Program-made: the position numbers and the translations under genes
The notes under the pieces: generated by a model
Told to the model about the DNA's origin: nothing
Database searches by the model: none
What the model saw: the letters and a program-made list of their open reading frames with translations, nothing else
Shown here: one piece after another, positions 23,463-32,125 of the stretch
How positions within the stretch are numbered: position 1 is the stretch's first letter
Layout of the letters: each line of letters opens with the position of its first letter
Assembly (NCBI GenBank): GCA_011523845.1
Contig: WTFV01000150.1
Span: 32,521-96,520, forward strand
DNA: 64,000 bases
DNA from: Acidobacteriota bacterium
Lineage (GTDB): Bacteria; Acidobacteriota; Vicinamibacteria; Vicinamibacterales; UBA8438
Direction: 5' to 3'

Positions 23463-25849
23463 GCCACCTCCTCGGCGGTCTCGCCGCCCACCACCGCCGC
23501 ATCTGCGAAATCGACCGCGTCTACGTCGTACTCTCCCGCCGCGGCCGCAAGGATGCGGTCGTTCAGCTTGATGGTGATCGGGTACCGGGTACAGCCCTCG
23601 GGCTGCGTCCAGGTCAGCGCAGTCAGGGAGTAGAGATCCTCCAGTGCCTCGGAAAAGGAAAGCGTGCCGTCGACCATGATGACGTGCAGCGGGTGGGCGG
23701 TGCCTTGACGGAGAAAAGGGTAGCCGGTCGAGCAGACGTACGCTTCCTGATCGCCGACGTAATATGTGGCGCCGACACTCGGGTTGTCCCCGAGCAACCC
23801 TCCACGGCCATTCGGCCGGACATCGTACAGGCGAAGCGGTACGGGTGACGACTTTGAAATTTCGATGACCGCGTAGCCGGTGTCGGGTGCGAGGCAGCCC
23901 TCTGAGCGAAGTTGGCGGATTGCACGACGGACACCGTCCAGCTCCGAGGGCCACGCCCGCCCGTCGCGGTGGACTACGACCTTGGAAAGCGGGGCGCCAC
24001 GAGCCCCCGCTTCCCTGCGCAATACCTCCACAAGATACGTCGACATCTGGGCCGCGAGCAGTCGCTCCTTCTGGCGAGACGTGTGGACGTCCGACCGGAT
24101 GTTGCTACCGTGCGCGCCGACGACCAGGAGACCGGCACTGTTGTTCTTTACGTCCACCCCGACCGTGACGTCCGCGTGAAGTGGAGTCGCAAGGACAAAC
24201 GGCCATCGCTGATTCGTCAGGAGCAGCTTCGCGATCACGACGTTACGCAAGTAGCCGGCCAGCTTTCTTCGAAGTGCCGGAACAGGCCCATAAACGACGT
24301 GACCGTCCTTGGCTCGCTCCTCGCGATAGGTGTGCCGTGGAACGTCGCTGTGGATGACGGTAGCTCGGACGTCGTGCTGTTGCCGAAGCTCCCGGACGAC
24401 CATCGCGGCAAGTTGGTCCTCGTCGCGGTTCTGTCGTCCGACGGTACGGTGCACCATGACTAGCGCATATCCGGGTCGTGAGCACTTGGCCGCCGTCGCA
24501 GCTCGCACTGCAAGAGCCTGGCGTACGAACGTCCGCTGGCCACGATCGGCATAGGGCACAATGATGGGCTTGTAGCCGCCGGGTTGAGGGAAGAACTCGT
24601 CGACAGCCTTGGAGAGATCCTCAATGAGCCGCGCGCCGATCGTATCGTAGATGCTCTCCGGAAGAATGAGATACTGCCGGTCGAGCGGCGCGGACTCATG
24701 AAAGCCCACTGTTTGGTCCCTGAGGAGCTCCAGCCTGCGGCTTCCGAAGTCGTTCGGCCTCGCTTGAACGGCTCCCCGCGTACCGCGAGCAGAAAGGACC
24801 GTATTCTTGCCGAATGCGAGATCGGGCAACTTGAAACCTTGGAGTGCGACCCGCAGTGGCTCGGTGGAGACGCGCACGCGTGCGTTTCCGAATTGAAGCG
24901 CGCGAAGGTACCGATCCACGAAGGCTCGGGTTTGGTTCCGGCGTTGATGGGGAGGCAGGATGGTTCTGCCGTGCTGGCCCGCAACCTCCTTGCTATTCGT
25001 GCGGAACACGGGATAGCACAGTGGCGCGGGCGCCGCAAGCTCAGCGCCCCGATTGTTCAGATAGAGAACGGCCGCAGAATCGGCAGGTAGGTTACCCAGA
25101 TCCGACGGAAACGGTCGGCGCGCCTGATCGAGAATGTACTCGAGCAACGACCAAGTTCTCCCCTTCGTGACGAAGCGGTATTCCTGTACGTTCCTGTCGG
25201 CCAGGGCGTGAAGATGAACCTCGTACCAGTCTTGGCCGAAGCGGTACACGCAGTTGCGACCCTTCCAGCGGGCGGCGAATTCGTTGCGTGCCAGCCGCGC
25301 CGGGAGCGGACGGGCGCTGACGTAGCAGTGGTGCACGTCGACACAGAGACCAATGCCCGCCTCGGGAGTTAAGACAGGCCGCACGCTGAAGCCCACGTAA
25401 CGATGGATGCCGCGGTCGTTCTGCGCCGGATTGCGCTCGAAGAACGGGCGTCCAGATTGCAGTTGCCAAAGCCGTGCATCGCGTCCGAGCGGGGCCTGGA
25501 CCAGGAAGCGAAGAAACCGCAGGGAGATCGCGTCATCCGGCCCTCGCTTCGAGTAGTCAAGGTCGACTCCTTCGTCACGAGGCCGAAGCTGAACGACGAC
25601 GCGCACAAGCTCGACTTCCGAGGGAAGCGTGGCGACATCTTCGGAAACGACGACGAAAGGGATATCGCCGCGTTCGATTACAAGTACAGCCTTCCTGAGC
25701 GAATAGCTGAGCCGCCGTTCGAGCGCTTGGCGATTTTGGAAGTACTCGGCTTGGTCTCGGCGCAGGCCGGCGACCTCGACGAGCCTGTACCGCGTCGACA
25801 ACTCGCCCAGGTTCGTGATGGAATAGATGTTCGTTTCAAGCTGCCTCAT
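23459..25849 (-). CDS. Long prokaryotic Argonaute (pAgo, 796 aa) with PAZ-like, MID and PIWI regions and an apparent DEDD catalytic tetrad
   Basis: From MRQLETNIYSITNLG. PIWI signatures: TVGVD566V, QKE595RLL, VVVHRD629GR, LTWTQPEG..YPITIKLND764RILA. MID/PIWI linker YLRNVVIAKLLLTNQRWPF. PAZ-like NCVYRFGQDWYEVHL...WSLLEYIL...CYPVF. Confidence 0.85.
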   Translation of the reverse strand: MRQLETNIYSITNLGELSTRYRLVEVAGLRRDQAEYFQNRQALERRLSYSLRKAVLVIERGDIPFVVVSEDVATLPSEVELVRVVVQLRPRDEGVDLDYSKRGPDDAISLRFLRFLVQAPLGRDARLWQLQSGRPFFERNPAQNDRGIHRYVGFSVRPVLTPEAGIGLCVDVHHCYVSARPLPARLARNEFAARWKGRNCVYRFGQDWYEVHLHALADRNVQEYRFVTKGRTWSLLEYILDQARRPFPSDLGNLPADSAAVLYLNNRGAELAAPAPLCYPVFRTNSKEVAGQHGRTILPPHQRRNQTRAFVDRYLRALQFGNARVRVSTEPLRVALQGFKLPDLAFGKNTVLSARGTRGAVQARPNDFGSRRLELLRDQTVGFHESAPLDRQYLILPESIYDTIGARLIEDLSKAVDEFFPQPGGYKPIIVPYADRGQRTFVRQALAVRAATAAKCSRPGYALVMVHRTVGRQNRDEDQLAAMVVRELRQQHDVRATVIHSDVPRHTYREERAKDGHVVYGPVPALRRKLAGYLRNVVIAKLLLTNQRWPFVLATPLHADVTVGVDVKNNSAGLLVVGAHGSNIRSDVHTSRQKERLLAAQMSTYLVEVLRREAGARGAPLSKVVVHRDGRAWPSELDGVRRAIRQLRSEGCLAPDTGYAVIEISKSSPVPLRLYDVRPNGRGGLLGDNPSVGATYYVGDQEAYVCSTGYPFLRQGTAHPLHVIMVDGTLSFSEALEDLYSLTALTWTQPEGCTRYPITIKLNDRILAAAAGEYDVDAVDFADAAVVGGETAEEVA

Positions 25850-26777
25850 CGGCCTTCTCCCAGCAGATCTTCTGGTACGCGCAACGCTGACAGACGTTGG
25901 GCCATGCCGTGACCGCGAAGTCTTCGGCGCGGAGGTCGCCGTTCTTGAGACCGTCCGTCGCAGCGAGCATCTCTGTCGCGCTCGCCGCCACGTAGTCCTC
26001 AAGCTCGTCGAAGTCCGCTGAATCCAAGGCATACTCGTGCTCGATTCCTGAAAGCAGTTGCGCCTCGACGAGCCGGTAGTCTGTCGGCGTAAACTCCGTC
26101 AGGACCGGCGGAAAGTCGCGGTGTGGGGTGCAGCGCGACAGCGACAGCGCGTACAGGGCCAATTGGAGCCGGTAGTCGCGAGTACCGAACGAATGGACTT
26201 TCCAGTCTACGATGAGCGGGGGCGCTTTCTCGTTGAATGCAATCACGTCGGGGACCGCGACAACCGACACGCCGGCGAATTTGAACTGCAGAGAACGCTG
26301 GGCGACCACGTACGAAGCGCGCTTCAGGGCGGCTCGCAGCCCGTCCATCTTGAACACGTTGTCAATCGCCGTTTGGATGTCCTGCCACGCCTGCGCAATC
26401 TCCTCCTGTCGTATGCCGTGGCCGTACTCGATCGCGCGGAAGGCTGCAACTGCGTCGTTCTTGGAAAGCTCCAGCGCAGGCTCGTGGATGCGATTGTTGA
26501 TCGCGAAGTCCAGCTCCCGCTCGAAGCAGACTTTGGCGGCAGTGCGGAGGTCCGCCTTCGTGATTCGCTGGCCCCGCCTCAAAGCCAGCACGAGTCTCTC
26601 GCTGAGGATTCTGTCGACGAGCCTGCCGCGCCACCCGCTCACGCTCTGGAGCTTCGAAAGGAGGTAGGCCGTCCGACGCTGCCGATCCTTGGCCACGGCG
26701 CTTGCAAGGCAATTCTTGAAGAACCAGCTCCGCTGGCACTGCCGAAAAGCACGCGCCGCCGAGAAGGACCACCTCAT
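25836..26777 (-). CDS. Cas4-like PD-(D/E)XK nuclease with four-Cys (Fe-S) signature
   Basis: 313 aa. C14 ... D177 (AVPDVIAF), D191-W-K193 (LIVDWKV), Q205xxxY209 (QLALYAL), C296-x2-C299-x5-C305. Its 3' end overlaps the pAgo start by 14 nt, and its ATG overlaps the XRE stop (ATGA). Confidence 0.8.
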   Translation of the reverse strand: MRWSFSAARAFRQCQRSWFFKNCLASAVAKDRQRRTAYLLSKLQSVSGWRGRLVDRILSERLVLALRRGQRITKADLRTAAKVCFERELDFAINNRIHEPALELSKNDAVAAFRAIEYGHGIRQEEIAQAWQDIQTAIDNVFKMDGLRAALKRASYVVAQRSLQFKFAGVSVVAVPDVIAFNEKAPPLIVDWKVHSFGTRDYRLQLALYALSLSRCTPHRDFPPVLTEFTPTDYRLVEAQLLSGIEHEYALDSADFDELEDYVAASATEMLAATDGLKNGDLRAEDFAVTAWPNVCQRCAYQKICWEKADEAA

Positions 26778-27127
26778 CTCCCCGACCTCCGCCCTTGGCG
26801 CGCGCGCAAGAACTCAAGGTACTCCGCAAGGGCCTCCTCCTCGTCAGGGGTCACGTCGCCGAAACGCGCTAGCCCCGTTGGAGCTAGCTCCCGTTCGGGA
26901 AAGCCCGGAACGGGGTAACCAGCGAGACGCATCGCCTTGGCGTACGAGACACGGTACAGCTCGCTAAGCTTGTGCAGGATGACAGGCGAAGGCTGACGGA
27001 TCCGACCGTGTTCGAGCTGGCTCAGGTAGGCGTTGGAGACATCCGTCTGTTCCTCCACCGCGCGTAGCGACATGGAGCGCCGCTCTCGTGCGTTTCTCAG
27101 GAAACCTGCCAAGGCTCCGTGACTCAT
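26774..27127 (-). CDS. XRE-family helix-turn-helix regulator, first gene of the Argonaute cassette
   Basis: LRNARERRSMSLRAVEEQTDVSNAYLSQLEHGRIRQPSPVILHKLSELY is a canonical HTH_3 pattern. 117 aa. Confidence 0.85.
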   Translation of the reverse strand: MSHGALAGFLRNARERRSMSLRAVEEQTDVSNAYLSQLEHGRIRQPSPVILHKLSELYRVSYAKAMRLAGYPVPGFPERELAPTGLARFGDVTPDEEEALAEYLEFLRARQGRRSGR

Positions 27128-27133
27128 GCGCTA

Positions 27134-27167
27134 ATCATGTCAAGCGCCGCAAAATATGTCAAGCGCC
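27134..27167 (-). promoter_or_regulatory. Putative promoter/operator of the Argonaute cassette: two 12-bp direct repeats GGCGCTTGACAT, 19 bp apart
   Basis: The minus strand reads GGCGCTTGACATattttgcGGCGCTTGACATGATtagcgcATG. The distal TTGACA lies 17 nt before CATGAT, which ends 6 nt before the ATG (possible leaderless transcript). The repeats could be XRE operators. Confidence 0.4.
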
Positions 27168-27446
27168 ACGCCGGTGCCGCTGGCGAATCACGACTCGCCG
27201 CAGATTCGAGTGGGGCCCAGACTTCCAGGCAACAGCCCTCGGTGCCGTGCACCCAGCCGGCACGTCCGCCCGACAGCCCGCTCAACCGGTTCGAGACAAT
27301 CGAGCCCGCCGCCGATTTCCACGCCAGCGGCGGCCTCAGCCGGGCTCAGGACGAACGGGTGCTCTCTCTTCCGCGACTCGTCGTCGAGTGCCAAGGCCGA
27401 ATCCGTCAAGCGTCAGCGCCAAGAAACGTCAGCTCCACACCCCTGT

Positions 27447-30227
27447 CTACGCACGCTGCACGGCTGCGCGCGTCATGGCCTGGTCGTACCACATCAGCAG
27501 CTTCGGATCCTCCTGGAGCACGTCCTCCGGGATCTTGCGAGCGACCTCGACGATCGTGGCGTAGTCCCGAGCCTGCCATGCCTTGCGGAAACCGGCGCGG
27601 ATCGCTTCCAGGCGGAACAGCTTCAGGCGTCGCTCCGTGGAATGCCGGTACTCGTCGAACTCCCGGAGCAGGCCGCGGGTTCGCCACTCGTCGAGGTCGC
27701 TCGCCTTGCGGGGATCCGGGACGTACCAGCGGTCCTTCGCCTTGGCGCGAAGGGCGAACGCGTCCTTCGGCAGGTTGCGGAGCTCCTTGAAGTTGCCGGA
27801 CAGGTAGGCGTGAATCTGGCTCGGCACCTCGCCTCGGCCATCGTACCGCAGGAAGTTCTGCTCCAGGAACGCCGACAGCTCGATCATCCGCTCGTGCTTC
27901 TGCCAGCCGCCGAGCTCGCGGATGAACTGCGGATGGATCTCCTGGAAGGTCTGCGGCTTCCTCCCAAGTTGTTGGCGCAACCACTGGATGGCGGTCTCCT
28001 CGTCCCTGACGAAGAGCTCGAGCTGCACCAGTTCGCGAGCCGCCAGCCGTCTGGAATCGTACTCCACGACCTGCTCGGGCAGGAAGAACATGCCGTCCCG
28101 CTCCGGAAAGCGTTGCGTGAGCCCTTCGTGGAATTCAGTGGCAGAGAGCGGAACGGTGACACCGCGTTGCACGTGGAAGGCGACCATGCGGTCGAACAGC
28201 AGGTAGCTCTGGCGCTCGGCGATGACCTCGGCCCGCCCTTCCCTGGCCACGAATACCGGAAGCTGGCGCATGTGGGTGCTGACGAAGTCCCAGGCGCCGT
28301 CCGCGGTCCCGGCCTGCGGTCGGAAACGGTCTTCCAGCCCGCCGTTCGGCTTGTAGGCGGAGATCACCAGATCCTGCTTGACCGCGGTGCTCGTGACCTG
28401 CCGGTAGGAACCCTGCTGCTTGTCGAGCGTGCGGACGTCGGCGACCACGAAGCCGGCCGCCAGCATGGCTTCCTGGATGGCGTTCCAGATCGCATTCCTA
28501 GAGTTGTGGAAGACGACGGTGATCCACCGGCCGGGTTTTAGGACGCGACGGTACGCTTCGAAGCAGTGCTGCATCAGGCGCTGGTAATCGACGACGTCCT
28601 TACCCTTCGGCCGGTCGACGATGGCCTCGGTCTCGCTACGCGTGCGGGTGCGGTGCCAGGATTCGACGAGGTGGTTGAGGTCGGCGTAGAAGATGTTCTC
28701 TCCGAAGGGCGGATCCGTGAACACGTAGTCGACGGAGTCGTCGGGCAGGGCGTTGGCGCCGCAATCGCTGGTCGAGATCATCGCGAGATCCGGGCGCGAA
28801 ACTGTCGGCTTGAAGGCCCTTGCGAGACGCTGCAACTTGCCATCGAGAATATACCATGGACACACTTCTGCAATTTGCGAGGCCACATAGTAGACTCCCG
28901 ACAGTTGACGATTCACCTGAGAAAAGTGGGAAGGGCCGTAGCGATTCAGTACCGACATACCCCAAATTGCCTGCTCCACGAAGAACAAGAGCATGCTTCT
29001 CAATCGGTTGTCTTCGCATTCATCTACACGCCGCCACATCGCCGCCAGCACATGCGCCGCCCGCGGCAGGAACAGGTGGTGCACATGCGTGAAGCCCTTC
29101 GGCGCCAGACGCGAGCCGTGGTACATCTCGTCGATGGGAAACGCGTCGGTTGGGACCTCGGACGGCAGCGGGAGACCGGCGATGCGGTCGAGAACGCCCA
29201 GATCGGCAGAGTCCGGTTCCTTCTCGTAGCGCGCATCGCCCACGCTGTAGTTGATCAGCACGGGCCGGAGACGAATACGTTTCCACGGCCGGCCCGACGC
29301 GGGATCGGCGAGCGTTTCGAACGACCGCACGAAGTTGTTCTTGGTCAGCTTCACGGCGCAGTGCGGACAGGGAAACGTGGATCTCGTGCGCCGGGTGGCC
29401 TTGTCGAGCGCCTCGTCGAAGAACACGACTTCGCCCGCGCAGTCCGGGCAGGAGAAGACCTCGCTCCACACCGTGTAGTTGATTCGCCCCGTGGTCCGCC
29501 CGTCGGCGTGGAGCGTGTCGTACATCCAGCCGATCTCCTCTTCGACCTCCGTCAGGAGTTCGGAGGCCGCCTCGCGGAACGCGGTGACGTCGAACGGCAG
29601 GTTGTAGTTGGCGGCGATGAAGGTGGCGGCCGGCGACAGATCGCCGAGAATCACGCGGCGGGCGCCCCATGCCGGCGGGTTCCGCTCTTCCCCCTTCCAG
29701 CGTTGTTCGAGGTCCTTCCGATAGGCGGGCGGCGCCGTGCCGCACCATTGCGCGGCGACGCCGGTCATGCCGGAGCCGCAGAATCCGTCCAGAACGATGT
29801 CACCCGGTCGCGTGTAGTGGAGGATGGACGGGACGATCGCCAGGTGCGGCACCTTGGTGTGGTACCCGTGCGCCCGATAGAGAGGGTCGGTCTTGCCGGC
29901 GCTGACGTCGACGGCGAACGGCTCGCGGTGATACGGCTCGTCGGGATCGTAGTGACGGCCGTGGCGCTCGACGAACTGCGCCAGGAACGGATTCGGACAA
30001 GCCGTGTAGTACGGCGGATCGGACAGCCGCAGGATGGCATCATCATCTGCCATCGGAAAATCGGGTCGTTGCCGCAACTCGGGTAGCTTCTCCTTCAGTC
30101 GCGCCAGGAAATACTGCCGGCGCGCCTCCTCCGACTCGAAGGTCAACCCGAGGCACTCCACGCGTGCCGATTCGCCCGTCGCGGCGGACTCCGACAGGAG
30201 ATCGGGCGTCGGATTACGGCTGGCCAC
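27447..30227 (-). CDS. pglXI: BREX type 3 DNA methyltransferase PglXI-like (N6/N4 methylase family)
   Basis: 926 aa. SD70PPYY, LDGFCGSGMTG (AdoMet motif I-like), Cys4 ribbon CPDC...CPHC, and a second catalytic-type tetrapeptide FTD505PPFG. Confidence 0.75.
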   Translation of the reverse strand: MASRNPTPDLLSESAATGESARVECLGLTFESEEARRQYFLARLKEKLPELRQRPDFPMADDDAILRLSDPPYYTACPNPFLAQFVERHGRHYDPDEPYHREPFAVDVSAGKTDPLYRAHGYHTKVPHLAIVPSILHYTRPGDIVLDGFCGSGMTGVAAQWCGTAPPAYRKDLEQRWKGEERNPPAWGARRVILGDLSPAATFIAANYNLPFDVTAFREAASELLTEVEEEIGWMYDTLHADGRTTGRINYTVWSEVFSCPDCAGEVVFFDEALDKATRRTRSTFPCPHCAVKLTKNNFVRSFETLADPASGRPWKRIRLRPVLINYSVGDARYEKEPDSADLGVLDRIAGLPLPSEVPTDAFPIDEMYHGSRLAPKGFTHVHHLFLPRAAHVLAAMWRRVDECEDNRLRSMLLFFVEQAIWGMSVLNRYGPSHFSQVNRQLSGVYYVASQIAEVCPWYILDGKLQRLARAFKPTVSRPDLAMISTSDCGANALPDDSVDYVFTDPPFGENIFYADLNHLVESWHRTRTRSETEAIVDRPKGKDVVDYQRLMQHCFEAYRRVLKPGRWITVVFHNSRNAIWNAIQEAMLAAGFVVADVRTLDKQQGSYRQVTSTAVKQDLVISAYKPNGGLEDRFRPQAGTADGAWDFVSTHMRQLPVFVAREGRAEVIAERQSYLLFDRMVAFHVQRGVTVPLSATEFHEGLTQRFPERDGMFFLPEQVVEYDSRRLAARELVQLELFVRDEETAIQWLRQQLGRKPQTFQEIHPQFIRELGGWQKHERMIELSAFLEQNFLRYDGRGEVPSQIHAYLSGNFKELRNLPKDAFALRAKAKDRWYVPDPRKASDLDEWRTRGLLREFDEYRHSTERRLKLFRLEAIRAGFRKAWQARDYATIVEVARKIPEDVLQEDPKLLMWYDQAMTRAAVQRA

Positions 30228-32091
30228 GTCGTTCGTCTTCCGGCCTGCCGAGCCGGGCGGCCTTGAGCGCGGCGCCGGCTTCAGTCAGAACGTAACGCTG
30301 AGCCGCCGCCGACGGCTTGCCCGGAATCGTCATGCGCAGGATGCCGCCTTCCAGCAACGGATCGACGTGCCGTGTCTTGAAGAGGCTGCGGTCGGTCTCG
30401 CCGATCGCCGCCATGACGTTGGCGAGGCGGCGGGGGACGTCACAGAGTTCGACAATCCGCCATTGGGTCGCCGAGAGCGTGGTCAGCAGCTTCGCCGAGT
30501 CACCGGATGGCTTAGACGATATCGGACCGTCTCCTGCCGTGGACGACTCCGCAGTCGTGGAGTTGTCACGATCAGCGGCCGCGGTGGAAGGCGCCGGAAC
30601 CGAATCGCCGCCGACGTTGGCTTGCGCAAGTCGCGTACGCAGGTGGCCGGCCATGACGTATCGGTCGCCGGCGCGTTCCAGCAGCACCTGCTTGACCAAC
30701 CGGTCTGCGACCGCAGCCGCTTCCGGGCCGGAAAGACCCGTCACCGCCTTGATGTGCGAAAGCGTCAAGTGCTGCTGGCGGCACGCGAACGCGACGGTTC
30801 GGGCCTCGTCGTCCGTGAGGCGGACACCGAGCTGTCCCTGGAACAAGAGCTGTTGTTCAGAGAGCAATGCCTCCCTGTTCAGCGCCAGCTCGAAGCTCCT
30901 GCGCCGCCGGTCGCTCAAAATCTGCGGCGGCACGTGTCCCAACTGCTGCCAGTTCCGGAACACGTCGCGCAGGCCCCACCCGGCATGCTCGCTTAGACCG
31001 ATGCGACGAAACGCGAGCACGATCCGGGGATTGCGCACCTCGCGTTCGCCGGGTTCGAGCAGGTCCGTGTCCGCGGCGAATGCGTCTCCCGGGTTCCAGA
31101 AGACCGTCTGGTCCGCATAGTGCCGGATGACCGCCTTGCGCGAATGGTCGGAGTAGTCCTGATGCATGATCAGGTTGATCATCGACTCGCGAAAGGCCCG
31201 GTAGTCCGGCGGCGTGTCGTCCCGGCGCAGCGTCGCGGGATCCAGGCGGAACGGGTGCTCCGCTACTTTCTCGTACCAGTCCTCGATGAGGGAGCGCCAC
31301 GTACGGATGAGGTTCTCGTCGAGAACGACACGGTCGAACCAGCGGTCGCCCGTGTCCGCGTCATCCCGAATCGCCGTGAACCGCTGGCAGTCCACCACGG
31401 GACGCGGCAGCAGTTGCCGAAAGGCCGGATTCGTCCCGAAGATCAGAACGGCCGCGCGCGTCGGCAGCCGCCGCCCACCCTGCTCGACCAGCAGACCCAT
31501 CTCGGCCAGGAAGTCCCCGTCGGACATCGCGGCGCACGAACGGTTCCCCGGCCTTGCCTCGTACACCGCCCGGTACCAGCGGATGGTGTCCGGGTCGAAT
31601 GCCGTGGCCGGATTCAGGTCGACGGCCTGACCGTCGGGACGTTCGGCTGCCGCGTCGATCAGGAACCCGTTGCGTTCCTGGTCCGAGCAGCGCACGTCGC
31701 TGCCGCCGCTGCGCACGAAGGCGCGGCGAATGTCGCCGTTCAGGAAAACGGGCTTCTGCGACCGATGCACTTCGGGCACGTAGAAGACGAGCAGGTCCGA
31801 TTCATCGTGCTTGTGCAGATCCTCCTCGACGTCGACCACGACGCTGATCTTGTCCGGCTGCCGCAACGTCGAGAGGAACTCGTTCTGCACCTTGTCGACG
31901 TCGAGCACGCCGACGATTTCCATCTCCCGGCCGCTCTTGCGCACGCCGAACACGAGATGTCCGCCCTCCGTGTTCGCGAACGCGGAGACCGTCTCGTATG
32001 CGTCGCGAGGCACCTTGCGTCGGGCTTCCTTGAACTCGACGTCATGCCACTCGTGCTTGCGAAGCAGCTCGATCAGTTCGTCCTGCGTCAT
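30214..32091 (-). CDS. AlbA_2 + HATPase_c_4 domain protein with C-terminal winged-helix region (paralogue class of 16790..18562)
   Basis: MTQDELIELLRKHEWHDVEFKEARRKVP...VSAFANTEGGHLVFGV; NLIMHQDYSDHSRKAVIRHY. The 3' end overlaps the pglXI start by 14 nt. The track ORF N-terminal extension (to 32205) is rejected. Confidence 0.75.
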   Translation of the reverse strand: MTQDELIELLRKHEWHDVEFKEARRKVPRDAYETVSAFANTEGGHLVFGVRKSGREMEIVGVLDVDKVQNEFLSTLRQPDKISVVVDVEEDLHKHDESDLLVFYVPEVHRSQKPVFLNGDIRRAFVRSGGSDVRCSDQERNGFLIDAAAERPDGQAVDLNPATAFDPDTIRWYRAVYEARPGNRSCAAMSDGDFLAEMGLLVEQGGRRLPTRAAVLIFGTNPAFRQLLPRPVVDCQRFTAIRDDADTGDRWFDRVVLDENLIRTWRSLIEDWYEKVAEHPFRLDPATLRRDDTPPDYRAFRESMINLIMHQDYSDHSRKAVIRHYADQTVFWNPGDAFAADTDLLEPGEREVRNPRIVLAFRRIGLSEHAGWGLRDVFRNWQQLGHVPPQILSDRRRRSFELALNREALLSEQQLLFQGQLGVRLTDDEARTVAFACRQQHLTLSHIKAVTGLSGPEAAAVADRLVKQVLLERAGDRYVMAGHLRTRLAQANVGGDSVPAPSTAAADRDNSTTAESSTAGDGPISSKPSGDSAKLLTTLSATQWRIVELCDVPRRLANVMAAIGETDRSLFKTRHVDPLLEGGILRMTIPGKPSAAAQRYVLTEAGAALKAARLGRPEDERRGQP

Positions 32092-32125
32092 GCCGTCGTT
32101 CCGAGACGATTCGCATCCTGCCGGA

